In this document: piece by piece, positions 12,001-23,981 of the stretch | Numbering within the stretch: the first letter of the stretch is position 1 | Layout of the letters: the number at the start of each line of letters is the position of its first letter | From: Lingula anatina | Lineage: Eukaryota; Animalia; Brachiopoda | Length of the DNA stretch: 64,000 nucleotides | Assembly: GCA_051362555.1 (NCBI GenBank) | Contig: CM120640.1 | Location: 16,926,001-16,990,000 of the forward strand | Direction of reading: 5' to 3' | Notes under the pieces: generated by a model | The model's input: the letters and a program-made list of their open reading frames with translations, nothing else | What the model was told of the DNA's origin: nothing | Database searches by the model: none | Made by a program: the position numbers and the translations under genes

Positions 12001-15000
12001 AAGAAACACCAAATTATGGTCACTTCAGTGAAGTAGGTGGCAGGAGTTATACTGTGCTTAAAACCAAAGTAGATGGTTAGTATATAATACGCATAATATA
12101 GTTGTATTACATTAGGTGTGGGTGTTTCATGCATGAGGTTTTACACAAACATTAAGAAATTTTGCATGCTAAGATAAAATTGAAACTCTCTTTTCCACTA
12201 TGATATTTTTTCTATTTGAAATAGAATTTTGACCTGTATATTAGTGAATGCTAGTTTGAATGGAGATACATACTTTCTTTCTCTAGAGCTTAAATAAACA
12301 TGTACTTTAATTTAAAAAAATGATAGGATTCAACATTTTGATTATCTTTAGCACCTGCAGCTCCGCCACAACTTATGGGTGTTTTATACCAGCCTGAGGA
12401 AGAAATCTTCACTTTCCATTTCTTCTGGAAGGTAAAAAAATTGTGCATGTCTAATTCCTTAACATTTTTTTCAAAGCTTTTTAAAAAATCATTTGCTTTC
12501 AATTCAAATATGGAATATCATTAAGTCTGTTAAGGGATGCTCCCTCTTATTGATACTTGTTATATAATAAACGCTCCCAGAGCACTTCCGGTTCAGTTAT
12601 ATCCACGTGTTTGACTTATTCCATTAACATGGTGTCAGAATTTCGTGCTCACGTCTACATAAGCTGAAGACACGATTTCTAAAGTGGTCAAGAACTAAGT
12701 TAAAGGACCAGAGAAACAGAAGGTATGTGTGATACAAAGAAGAAATCTGTTGATCATACGATTTTATGGATGAAAAGTGGAACCGACTGAACAGAAATTC
12801 AGGCATCGGAAGTCGATAATAAAAAAAACTCTGGTGATTAGTGAAAGACATATATTCATGAGTTTTTTTTAGAAGTTACAAACGGGACAGATTTAACAAG
12901 CAAATACTGCTGAGTGTGACCTTAAAGTAGAACTGCAGAAGCTGTGTATTTGTTACATAGATTAATCATGTCTACCAGTACTAGTACACCCCCAGTTACC
13001 CCTGCAACAGCGAATTTGTTACCTCCGCCACAACCTATGGACGTGAAGGGACATTGTGCAACTAACTGGCAATTTTTTAGAGACACATGGAAGAATTATG
13101 AAATTGCAACAGAACTAAATCTTAAGTCGGAAGAGATAAGAGTAGCTACCTTACTTACGGTCATGGGCAAAGACTGTTTTCAAATATTTCAGAATTTAGC
13201 CCTGAGTGATGATGATCGCAAGGATTCTAAAATAATACTGGAAGCTTTGACAAATCATTTTGAGCCACAACGCAACATTGTTTATGAGAGATACGTGTTT
13301 AATACTTGTACACAAGAGCCCGGTGAAGGGATTGATGCCTATGTGAACAGGCTGCGGAAACTCAGTGCCACTTGCAAGTATGGAACGCTTTTAGATGAAA
13401 TGATCAGAGACCGTATTGTGATAGGGGTGAGAGATTCTGTTGTCCGGGCTAGATTGTTGCGTGAAAAGGACCTTACATTAGCAAAGTGTATTGACACGTG
13501 TCGTGCGAGTGAAATGACGACGCAGCAACTTAAAGCCATAGATGGTGAGGTTGAAACTGTGCATGCTGTGAAACCAAAAATGAAAAAAGCCGGGACAAAG
13601 ATGAAGACGGCAGTATCTGAACACAAGACAGACAAGAAAGGAGAGCAAAAACAGAAGAGCCATTCGGATTGTAGCTACTGCGGGACGCAACATCCCAAGC
13701 GTCAATGCCCAGCATGGGGTCGCCGCTGTAAGAAGTGTGGACGACTAAATCATTTCGCTAGCATGTGTAGGTCACAAGGGGCCAAAGTCCACCAAGTCGA
13801 TAATTCTGATCCTGAAGATAGCGACTCCGAATCGTCAGTATTCACAGTTAAAACCGGCAGGACCACATATCTTGTTGAACCATCAGTCCAATACAAGAGA
13901 AGCAGCTCTTGGATGCCACAAGTATTCCAATTAAACAATGGAGCAGGTGTAAACTGTTTGAGATATGAGGATTGCTGTCGCATAATGAGCACTAATGAGC
14001 CAGTCTTGAAGAAAAGCAGCAAGAGACTAACCTCATACAGTGGTAACCGTGTTGAGAGTATGGGGCAGGTGACACTTAACATGAGAATAAACAACCGTGA
14101 AGAATACGTAAAGTTTCATGTAGTGAAAAATGTCACTTGTTCGTTACTCAATGGAGAGACATCAGAGAGATTTGGTCTGATGAAGATAAAGAGAGATGTT
14201 CTCATCAACGTTGTTAGCACGGAACTGTCAGAGGATGATATCTTCGCCAAGTATAATGATGTGTTTAGTGGTTTAGGTGACCTAGGAGAATACCACATTG
14301 AGCTGGACCCTAAGGTTATACCAAAACAAGACTCACCAAGGTCCGTACCAGTAGCTTTGAGAAAAGAGCTAAAAGAAAAGCTGGCGAGCATGGTGAAACA
14401 AGGCATCATTGAGAGGGTAAATCAGCCAACGGATTGGATAAGCTCGATGGTGGCGGTGAGGAAGCCAGGCAAGTTAAGAATATGCCTAGACCCAAAAGAA
14501 CTCAACAAAGCTGTAAAGATTCCAAAATTCAAACTTCCAACCTTGGAGGAAGTAAGTGCAAACTTGACTAATGCAAAAGTATTTAGCGTTATAGATGCTA
14601 GAGATGGTTTCCTTCAGGTGAGATTAGATGAGGAGTCCAGCCTTCTTACGACATTCAATACGCCATTTGGCAGGTATCGTTGGCGACGTTTACCATTCGG
14701 CATCTCATCAGCCCCGGAAGAGTTCCAGAGGCGAGTTATAGACCTACTGGACGGTCTTGACGGAGTCCAGACCATTGCAGACGACATCCTGGTGTATGGT
14801 AAAGGAGATACCTCTGAGGAAGCGATCAAGAATCATGACGAAAATATGATAGCACTATTAGAGAGATGTCGTGAGAGGAACTTCAAAATGAACAAGACTA
14901 AGCTTCGATTCAAATTGAATTCAGTTACTTATCACGGGCACGTGATCTCAGATGAAGGTTTGAAAGCAGATCCATTGAAGGTGCAGGCCATAGTAGAAAT

Positions 15001-18000
15001 GGAAAGGCCGGAGAACGCTAAAGCGGTGAAAAGACTAATTGGCATGGTGAATTACCTGGCCAAGTTCTGCCCTCATTTATCAACAGTGAGCGAACCACTG
15101 AGACGCTTGACGACTGAAGATGCACCCTTTATATGGTCAGATCAGCATGAGCAGACGTTCTGTACATTGAAACAAATGTTGACAATGACCCCAGTTTTGA
15201 GATACTATAGCCTAACAGAGGAAGTTACAGTAGAAGCCGATAGCAGCGATTACGGGTTAGGTGCAGTCTTACGGTAATGTGCCAAGCATTTCGACGGGCC
15301 CAGTCAATCCGACCATAAAAATTATTTTATAAAATTAATTTTTCTGGGCTCAAACATTTAGTCCATACGTCAAAATCATGCGACAGAATTTTTTTCTTGT
15401 TCCGATTGTTCGACCACATCGTCGGCAAGACTCGGTAAATTTTCAAGCCAGTCATATAGATGCTGCATGCCGGGCCCTTTGTCAATTGTTGTCCTTTCAA
15501 TAGCTCTCGTCAATGAGGAAGAAACTATTAATTGAAGATCTAATCTGGAAGCATGACGTACCTGTCATTTCCTTTGTCCCAGATGACAAAATAGTGTTAT
15601 AGACATACAATTTGTGCTAATTAAGCAGACTTGCCCTCGCTGACTGATTCATCACGCCCGTAACTGGGGAAGGTGGGGTGGGGGGGGGGGGTTAAAAAAG
15701 GTCCATTCTGGTTGAAACCAAATATCGACAGTGGGTAGAATACGTCAAAAACACCTTCATATAGACCATATATAGCGTTTGCTAGCAATAAAAAGTTTGG
15801 AAAGAATAAGCAATTTATTTTCAAGTTTGATTGAAATATATATGCAGATGGAGAAACATTCTTGAAGTCAACACCGCAAGATCTTACATTTACTTCAATC
15901 GACCGAAAGATCAGCGGGATTGACCGCCCAGACTTCTTGGCGCCAAATACCACGCGCTGTCAAAATCTGACGAACACGTGTAGCTGTTCACCTACATGGG
16001 TAACTGATTTGTCAACAATAAAAATGACGTCTTCCTTAACTCCATGAGAGCTTCATAGAGAGTTCCACTGGATATTTACGTTACCTGTGAGTCACTTTTT
16101 ATTTCCCCAGATGCATGAAATGTTGATGATATTTAGCGTAATCCACGAAGAACTCCATTCCTGTGACCCCCCTCCCCCAAAATGGGACCGTCTTCATTAA
16201 CATGTGGTTTGCGCTATGCTGGACCAGACCAGTTAAGACCTGTCTCATTTCTGCATGTGCTCAATTCTCGCGTCAAATTATAAATGCACTTGTTTTGTGA
16301 AAATTATGGCAATTAAATGCTTATTTTATGTTCGGGTTGTATCAGTGGGGTTTTCAATATGCACCGTGGTTTGTGCACAGCGAGAGTATATAAGTAAGAA
16401 AATCGGAAGAGTGCCAGCAAGATAGGCCTACTGTATGTCTATCGGCACAGGTAGGCTCCGTATTTTGCCTTTTCTCAATATGTTTTTATATGACATGCTT
16501 TTTAAATAAAATACTTATAAGTAATTTGAAGTTACACTGAATTCTGTTTGAGTGCCAGTTGGTATTCTTTGATACGGGTGATTGAATTTTCTTCGGAAGT
16601 ACGTCTACGCCTCGACGCTGAGCAAGCCTTGCGGGTTGAAAACAACTGATCTCAGACTGGTAAAAAATTTCAATTCGGTTGATTTCAGTTGTCATATTAA
16701 AATTCAAATAGGGCGAACGTAGATCACATAACTAGTTTAAGTCTACTAAAGCTACCGGTTTCAAATATAAGTGACCGGCCTTTGTTTACAACACCCGTCT
16801 CTGGGGAAATACTCGTCCCACTCTTGAAGCGCATCATGAAAATGATCGTAGGTGAGGGAAATATATAATTAGAAATTATTATTGTCGTCTTTTTTAATAT
16901 TAAGTAATGTTAGCACATATTGTACACAGCAAAATAAGATTTTAAAAGGAGGATAAAACAAGCCTGAAACACGTGTTAGGCGAAAATTGCGGCTTATCTT
17001 GCGTAACACTTCCGGTAAAATGCAATACTTCCGGAAAGATGGACGTTTTGGCAGATACCCCTAACAATCCGACGATATCAAAGGTTTCCATTTGCTGTAT
17101 TTTAATCAATTCGACCAAACTGACATTTCCATGAAATTAATTAATTAATCTTGGTCGAATTGTTTGGCATATTACCGTACTGCAAGCTGGACAACCTGTA
17201 GCTTTTGCATCAAGGGCATTGTCCAAAACAGAGCGCAACTATTCTCAGATGGAAAAAGAATGTTTGGCCATAACATTTGCATGTAACCGTTTCGATCAGT
17301 ATCTCCATGGCCGAGACTATATCACAGTACTCACGGATCACCAAAACCTAGAGACAATATTCAAGAAACCAATCTTGGCTGCCCCAAAGCGACTTCAACG
17401 CATGCGCCTCAGGCTACAGAAATACCATATTGAGGTGAAGTACCAGCGTGGTAAAAAGATGTATATCTCTGATGCATTATCTAGAGCAACTGCGTCCAAG
17501 TCAGTAACTACCAAGGAGAACTCAGATTACGAGATTTACGCAGTAGAATCCGAGCAGAAGTTGGCCAAAGAAGTCGAGGAGATTGATTACTCGCAGTACA
17601 ACAATGTGTCCGATGAGTCTCTGGAGCAAGTAAAGACTCATACACTTCGGGATGACGCTATGCAGTCACTGCTGATCCTAGTCATGGAAGGATGGCCTAG
17701 TGACAAAACTCAAGTTCCCCTGTTATGCCGTGAATACTGGCCATATAGAGACGAGTTATCCTGTCAAGATGGCATCCTCTATCGAGGCACCAGAGTAGTA
17801 ATTCCTACTAGCTTACGTAAACAGATGCTGGAGAGAGTCCATGCAACTCATCAAGGAACAGAGACAGCTATACGTAAAGCAAGAGATGCGATTTTCTGGC
17901 CTCAGATCAGCAATGACATTCGCAATGTGGTAGCAACTTGCAACGTCTGTCAGGAAAATCAGCCTCGCCAACAGAAAGAGCCAATGCATTCTCAGCCTAT

Positions 18001-19186
18001 ACCCAAGGAGCGATTTGAAATCGTCAGCAGTGATTTATTTTCCATTCAAGGGGAACATTATTTGCTGCTTGTAGATCATTTCTCAAAGTACTGGGAGATC
18101 ACTCAACTCAGTGACACTACTTCAGAAGCAGTGATCAATGAATTGAAGCAGCAGTTTGCTCGACATGGCATTCCAAAGCTGTTTATCTCTGACAACGGGC
18201 CTCAATATCAGTGTCAGCAATTCCGAGAGTTCACCGAGGCGTGGAAGATTAACCATCATACATCATCTCCCCACCACCCCAGTGGTAACGGCACAGCTGA
18301 GGCAGCTGTTAAAGTGGCAAAGACCCTGATCAAGAGAACAAAACAAGACGGTATCGATTTGTGGTTAGCAGTTTTAGAGCACAGAAACACGCCAGCCGCA
18401 GACAACACGGGGAGTGCAGCACAAAAGTTGATGAGTAGGCGCACTAGATCGCTCATTCCCGTACGCTGTGACAAGCTAGAGCCAATAGTAGTACCAAAAG
18501 ACCAGGTATTTCAGAAACAAGTAAACCAGAAGAGAATAGCAAAGAAGTGTTATGACAAAGGAAGCAAGGAACTGCCTCCTCTGGTTATCGGACAGCCTGT
18601 GCGTACCAATCTAAGGCCGCAATCGTCAGTCTCATGGTCTGCTGGCAAAATAGTGGAGAAACTCGCCCCTCGATCCTATCTAGTGGAGCAAGACAACAAA
18701 ATTTACCGCAGGAACCGTAGTCACCTCAGACCTAGTCGAGAGGTCACCACTCCAAACCAATCCCGGGGGACAGTAGCTGCAGAAACACCAGAGGTACCGA
18801 TTAAACCCACTGACGTTACCAGCGAACCAATTATGATACCCAGTCCCATTAAGTCAACTCCCAGTACGCCGTGCAAAACTACACCTCCACCACAGAGCAG
18901 TGAAGAGGAGGTCCATACCACTCGGTTCGGTAGACTCTTGAAGAAGCCAAAATACTTAGGAGATTATGTTGTGTATTCTAAGTGATGGGTCAGAATAATA
19001 CCCATGGCAGAAAAGGGTGAGAGGCAGTCTACCTCAATGACCCCATTGTAAAATAGTAGTTTGTTTTTTAGTTATAGTATATTGTTTTGAGTAGTGCTCC
19101 ATATTACAAAGTCGGGACAATATATACCAGAAAGTGACTTAAGTTGATCTTAGAACATAATTAAACATATGATATGGACTTGTTCA

Positions 19187-19232
<46 letters not shown>

Positions 19233-22200
19233 ATTTACACTGTTTCAAGTTATTGCGTTTATTTTGAAATGTTGACTAGTTCGTGATTATTATAGTTGTT
19301 TTTTTTTTTTTTTCTTTTTTTTTTATGGGAAAAGGAGGATGTTAAGGGATGCTCCCTCTTATTGATACTTGTTATATAATAAACGCTCCCAGAGCACTTC
19401 CGGTTCAGTTATATCCACGTGTTTGACTTATTCCATTAACAAAGTCAATACTGATGGAAAATTAATGCCCTGTACATAATACTGTAAATGTATGTTAGGA
19501 TATAAAGCCCTTTCAAATTTGCCTCCATTTTCTCATTACCAGGGGTGATTCAGAGATAGTCACAAAGTTTTCAATTAAATGAAAACTTTCTGACTATCAA
19601 AATTAAGATCCAATGAAACTATTTTCACAAGTGATTCAGAGATATTTTCTGCCAGTTTTCCAAGTTATCTTTGTTGAACCATCCTCCATTTTTGACCGTA
19701 TTCTGACAGAAAAAAAATTAGATACCCATCAATGTAAACTCAAAAACTTCTGACCTTCTTCCGGTAGACCCAGAAGACAGCTTCTGTCCACCCCTGATTA
19801 CTGTTGAAAAACCAGCCTGTACGTACATGTAAGTAATTTTTTTCAGGAAATTCTTGAGACCTCACGTTATGGAAAAATCATAGCACACCAAGCATCCTTA
19901 GGCAAATACACTGCCACTCACGGCTCTTGTAACACAACTGTGAGGTTCAACCAGACATCTGGGGCAAGAACATTACCACTGTCATGTCGCAAGATTCTTG
20001 ATGATCAACAATTTTATTTGGCTGCCATCAATGCTGCCACTCCAGCAGGATTTGCTTCAAGATCAAGTGAACAGAGATTGAATGTGTCCTTAAGCAGTAA
20101 GCTGCCATCCTTTTTCTAGAAGATTTATATGATAGAATATCACATTTAATAGTTTTGGATAAAAGATCAAAATACCATTGATTTCCATTACTTATATGGT
20201 GTTTTCCCAAAAAATTATTTTCCTAGATTGCTAGATTACCAGACTCTTTACTGTCAAAACAATTTTCATGCAGTTATTTCTTTTACAGAGAAACCCAGAT
20301 TTTTTTCTGTTGAAATCTTTAATGAAGAAGCCCATCTGAGCTGGCAGTCTCCAGTTGATAATCAGTCAGTTAACACAATTATTTACTACACTGTTGTTTG
20401 GTGTGAGGGAAATTACACAGAAAACAAGAACTGCCAGGTACATGTATATATTGGAATATATAAAATTGAAAGTAGTTGATTGACAGTGCACTTTCATTTT
20501 AATAAACAGAAACTGAATAAAACTGAATTAACTTAAGATCGTACTTTATCCTTTAAAGAGTCAAACAAATTTTTTGAAATAAAACACATAGTATATATAC
20601 AAGAACACAAGGACTTTTTCTTTTTATTTCATAGAGCAAAATCATTGAAGTAAACCATACCCACAACCACACCCAGTGTGAGCTCTCTCTACCCAAGTCA
20701 GCTGAGAATTATGTTTATTTGGTAGGAGCTGCATGGCCAGATTATAACAGTACACTGGTGTATCCAAACTGCAGGTGTAACTATCAATATTATGGAGGTA
20801 GAGTATTTTAATAATTAAAATTGTTTAATGTCCCAAAAGGTTTAGTTGTTCCTAGCTGTTGTGACTGAAATTGACCATAGGAACATCTGAAAGTTGCTGT
20901 TTGATAGACAACAGCTAGGGCATACATGTAGTTACAAATCATGCATATTGAGATTATTCAGGAAAATGTTTTATTTGGGTTGCAAGTGTTGTTGTCAGCT
21001 TGACAGAAGTATTTAGTTCATTCTGCTTATTCATAATTCTGTGCCTACTCCATTTCTCATATTATCTTTGGTTTTGGCAGATACTGAAACCAAATACAAT
21101 AGAATGTTACCTTTGTCATACAATAAAGAGAATTTGAAGAAAGATATAGAAATGTATAAATATACATTTACCAAACAGTCCTCTGATGAAAAATTTTTTG
21201 TTCTCTTCAGTTCCTTCCACTGCCCCAGATAATTTCACCTCTGTGTTAAACATCACAGGCTTGAGAGTGTCCTGGAAAGCTTTGGGATATGAACAAAGCA
21301 AAGGAAGAATTTTGGGCTACTTAATAAAATACTGCGAAATTGAAATCACCTCACAGAAGTGTATTAGAGGTAAGTGAAATTACAAAGATTTTTATAGGAG
21401 TTTCATTCCTTAATATATCATCCATGAGCTAGAGTGTTGTCTTAAAGCCATAATTTTCTTTTTACATGCAAATAATGACCTCTGAGAAGATAATTAACAG
21501 CACTGTAGCAATTTAACAAAATGTTTAAACCTGTGACTTTTCATGCTACAGGAATGAGGAATATTTCTGTCACAGAAGCAGGGACATCAGCCCTAATAGA
21601 AGGGCTTAAGCCTCAGACACGCTACAGAGTGTCAGTCCAAGCTCAGACCAGAGCAGGCCTGGGACCCAAAGCAATACAAACAGTGGAAACTAATGTGGGC
21701 ATGGGTAAGGTCTTTATAAGTCATATCACCTGACCATACATTGTACAACCATCATTTGCCATTTTCAGCAGTAATTATTGTTTTCTTTTATATCATTTAT
21801 CCTTGAAATATTTTGGTGACAAAATGAAATAATTACACACAAACGTGTACTTTAAACAAGACCCATGCATACTCAAGTCTGGGTAAAAAAACATAGCAAA
21901 GTATATATTGTAGCTGACAATGTCATTTAACTCAGGCTTTTCTAAAATTTAGATTTGGAATGCCATTGTAGCAAGTACATGTAATATATTATACATATCT
22001 GTAGTAATTATTTGCATAAGATGCTGAAATAATTTTTCTTATACATCAAAGTTCACAGCCAAAAATTTAATTTTCTTTTTCACTTTCAAAAACCCTCCCC
22101 AGCTGGTGGTACCTATTCAGGAGGTGAACCCCACCGCTCTGAAACTGTTCTAATCAGTGTCAGCAGTACCATGGGGTGCATGGTTATAATTGGTGTGCTG

Positions 22201-23981
22201 GTGGCAGTGTGCAGGTAATATGGAATTTAAAATCCTACATACAGTGCTCTTATAAAAACAAATGCAGATATGGTGACTTTCATTATTCCTATACTTCATT
22301 TAATTACCAAACAATATTTCAATTTAGTAATAAAATTGATGGTCATATCAACATACTTAGATGGTGCACTGCAAACAAGTCTGTAGTTATTATGGAATCT
22401 TAGCACACATTGTCTTTGTGTTCAGAGCCTATCAATACACACAGAAGAAAATAAAAATGGATATACCACAGGTAATTATGAAAGCTTTAACATTATATAT
22501 TTTGGAATTTCTCACTTTTCTTCTCCCACCTTGTGTAAAGAGGAGTATATTCGACAATTAGCCTGTCCATCTGTCTCCTACTGGGTAGCTCTCCATATCT
22601 GGACCCAATCATATATGTCTTTTCTTTACTTTTTCATTTTACAAAACATCAAAATTAATTATTGTAGCATTTTTTTTACCAATTCTGATGAATCTTTTTC
22701 ACATAAGACCTTTGCATGTGGTAGTGAGTCAGTTTCTTTTTCTTTTTTTTCATTTTTATAAAATATTATATGCAGTTTTGCCATATTTATCCACCTACAG
22801 TTTAAATTGGTTTCAATGAAACTCTGCAGTGCAGGGCAATCCTTACATGTAAAAGCTTATCTTATTTAATTAGACATTTACTGATACAGATGTAATCTTT
22901 TCCAAATTTGCTCAGAATATGCTATCTATATTAAAATATAACATATCTGGGGTTAACCAGTGAAGTAATTAGTTAAATGGTATGGTTTTTTCTCTCATTC
23001 TTTTTCAATCTTTTTACCTCAGCATACAGGGGTTTCAAATAATGAAGTTGCAGCAGATTATTCAAGTGGTGTTTATAGTCTGACTATGTTGAACAATTCT
23101 TCTAGCAGAAATTCAACATCTGCCAGCAAAACATGCAACATAATGAACCAGTTCCAGGTAAAACAAACCTCTGCAGGAACTGCAACCTACCTAGAACTGT
23201 TTAATTTCTTTTTTATTCTATCGAAGTTATGTTGATTGTTTCTGCAAACAACAGCCAAACATAAATATAGGGTTATTACTGCAGACTCTAATATTTTAGT
23301 TGTAAACTCTGTTGAAAGTGTCTTAATGTTTGACACTGAAATTATGGAGTGGTAAATAGTCTAAGGCTTCATTCCCAATGGAACTATCATTCTACGTAGT
23401 TGATCCAACTCTGCAGGGACTTGCTGAATGCAATCAGATTAACAAGACTCCTCCTGCATTGAATTACATATATTAGAATGCAGAAAAGCTGCTGATTATA
23501 TATGTTAGAAAGAAGATCAATCTATTAATCTTATGGCAGTAAGCAAGAGTCCCCATGGAGTTGGATAAATCTACATGGAACGTAGGTTCATTGGGAATGA
23601 GCCCTAACTTTAAATTAGCTGGAGAAGAAACTGTTTTTGTAAATTAAAGTGCAAAACACAGCTGCTGAAAGTTGCATTTGTAATAATTAGATTATATTGA
23701 CAGTATATGTCCTCTGCCTCAGATCATTCATTTTATTTCCCAGTTATTACACACCTGAATTAGTAATCAAATGTATATTTACCAACCATTATATATACCA
23801 TTTTATTTTGAAGGAAACACCTTTGAAAGATGGACGAAGCAGTGACAGTGGACAATCTCTAGCACCTGATCCCAGAGCAATGGAGTTTATCCCGCCAACA
23901 CACCAACATCTCAAATTGCCAGATGGTTACACAGTTTTTGCAGTGTTTACACCACCAGCTAGTGATTACATACCTTTTTGA
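9034..23981 (+). CDS. Class I cytokine receptor (gp130/Domeless-like 'tall' receptor), short-tailed paralog B, apparently intact
   Basis: Exons: 9034-9118 (signal-like MGITRYVLHLYKVLLFLQMANYLIAVFE), 9369-9440 (tentative Cys-rich), 9735-10106 (Ig-like), 10727-10844 (PIYPQEFRCISYNQERMECLW, CBM D1 with CxW), 11099-11271, 11464-11633, 11886-12075 (D2; YGHFSE at the WSxWS position), 12352-12431, 19847-20096, 20289-20437, 20635-20797, 21211-21369, 21552-21704 (3 FN3), 22103-22214 (TM), 22426-22471, 23023-23157, 23814-23981. Phases join with no stop. Confidence 0.82.
12528..12629 (+). repeat. 5' LTR (102 bp)
   Basis: Base-for-base direct repeat of 19340-19441; TG...CA ends; contains TATATAATAAA. 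Confidence 0.97.
12630..12640 (+). other. Primer binding site (tRNA-Leu-like)
   Basis: TGGTGTCAGAA directly after the 5' LTR, complementary to a tRNA 3' end ...UUCUGACACCA. The Leu assignment is from recall. Confidence 0.75.
12968..15271 (+). pseudogene. gag-pol 5' half (Gag with 2 zinc knuckles, protease, RT, start of RNase H), interrupted
   Basis: CSYCGTQHPKRQC and CKKCGRLNHFASMC knuckles; protease-site region FQLNNGAGVN; RT motifs LRICLDPKELN, RLPFGISSAPEEFQ, IADDILVYG; ends EADSSDYGLGAVL at the insertion. Confidence 0.93.
15272..17177. mobile_element. Non-autonomous TIR DNA transposon (Tc1/mariner-type TA TSD) nested in the Gypsy RNase H
   Basis: Left end CGGTAATGTGCCAAGCATTTCGAC vs reverse complement of right end CGGTAATATGCCAAACAATTCGAC (21/24). 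TA on both sides (15270-71, 17178-79). Removing it restores the pol frame. No transposase ORF seen. Confidence 0.9.
17180..18985 (+). pseudogene. pol 3' half (RNase H and integrase)
   Basis: Resumes in frame LQAGQPVAFASRALSKTERNYSQMEKE; integrase HHCC (HATH...CNVC) and D,D,E (SSDLF, ISDNG, NGTAE). Confidence 0.93.
19327..19339 (+). other. Polypurine tract
   Basis: GGGAAAAGGAGGA immediately 5' of the 3' LTR. Confidence 0.9.
19340..19441 (+). repeat. 3' LTR (102 bp)
   Basis: Identical to the 5' LTR, preceded by the polypurine tract and followed by TSD AAGTC. Confidence 0.97.
19540..19796. mobile_element. Small TIR element (hAT-like ends)
   Basis: CAGGGGTG...CACCCCTG termini with ATTAC on both flanks. 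Confidence 0.5.
23365..23604. mobile_element. MITE family 2, copy a
   Basis: Long imperfect TIRs GGCTTCATTCCCAATG... / ...CATTGGGAATGAGCCC; TAA TSD. Confidence 0.8.

Larger units (their letters stand above)
12528..19441 (+). mobile_element. Ty3/Gypsy (Mag-like) LTR retrotransposon in an intron of receptor B
   Basis: Identical 102-bp LTRs 12528-12629 and 19340-19441 (TGT...ACA); 5-bp TSD AAGTC (12523-12527, 19442-19446); PBS and PPT next to the LTRs; domain order gag-PR-RT-RH-IN. Confidence 0.97.

Noticed and set aside
14773-14799. RT motif IADD instead of YxDD as an inactivating change
   Set aside because: Both catalytic Asp are present and this variant is common in Mag-like Gypsy elements.
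15849-15935. WW-domain-like pattern in an alternative frame of the nested element
   Set aside because: Needs a stop read as Trp and spacing is off; probably chance.
13339-18921. Antisense ORFs over gag-pol
   Set aside because: Shadow frames of a long coding sequence with no recognisable motifs.
19191-19230. Poly(A) run as a retroposed tail (also poly-T near 34575 and 39684)
   Set aside because: No TSD or SINE/LINE body; long homopolymers recur across the window and their lengths may be assembly-sensitive.
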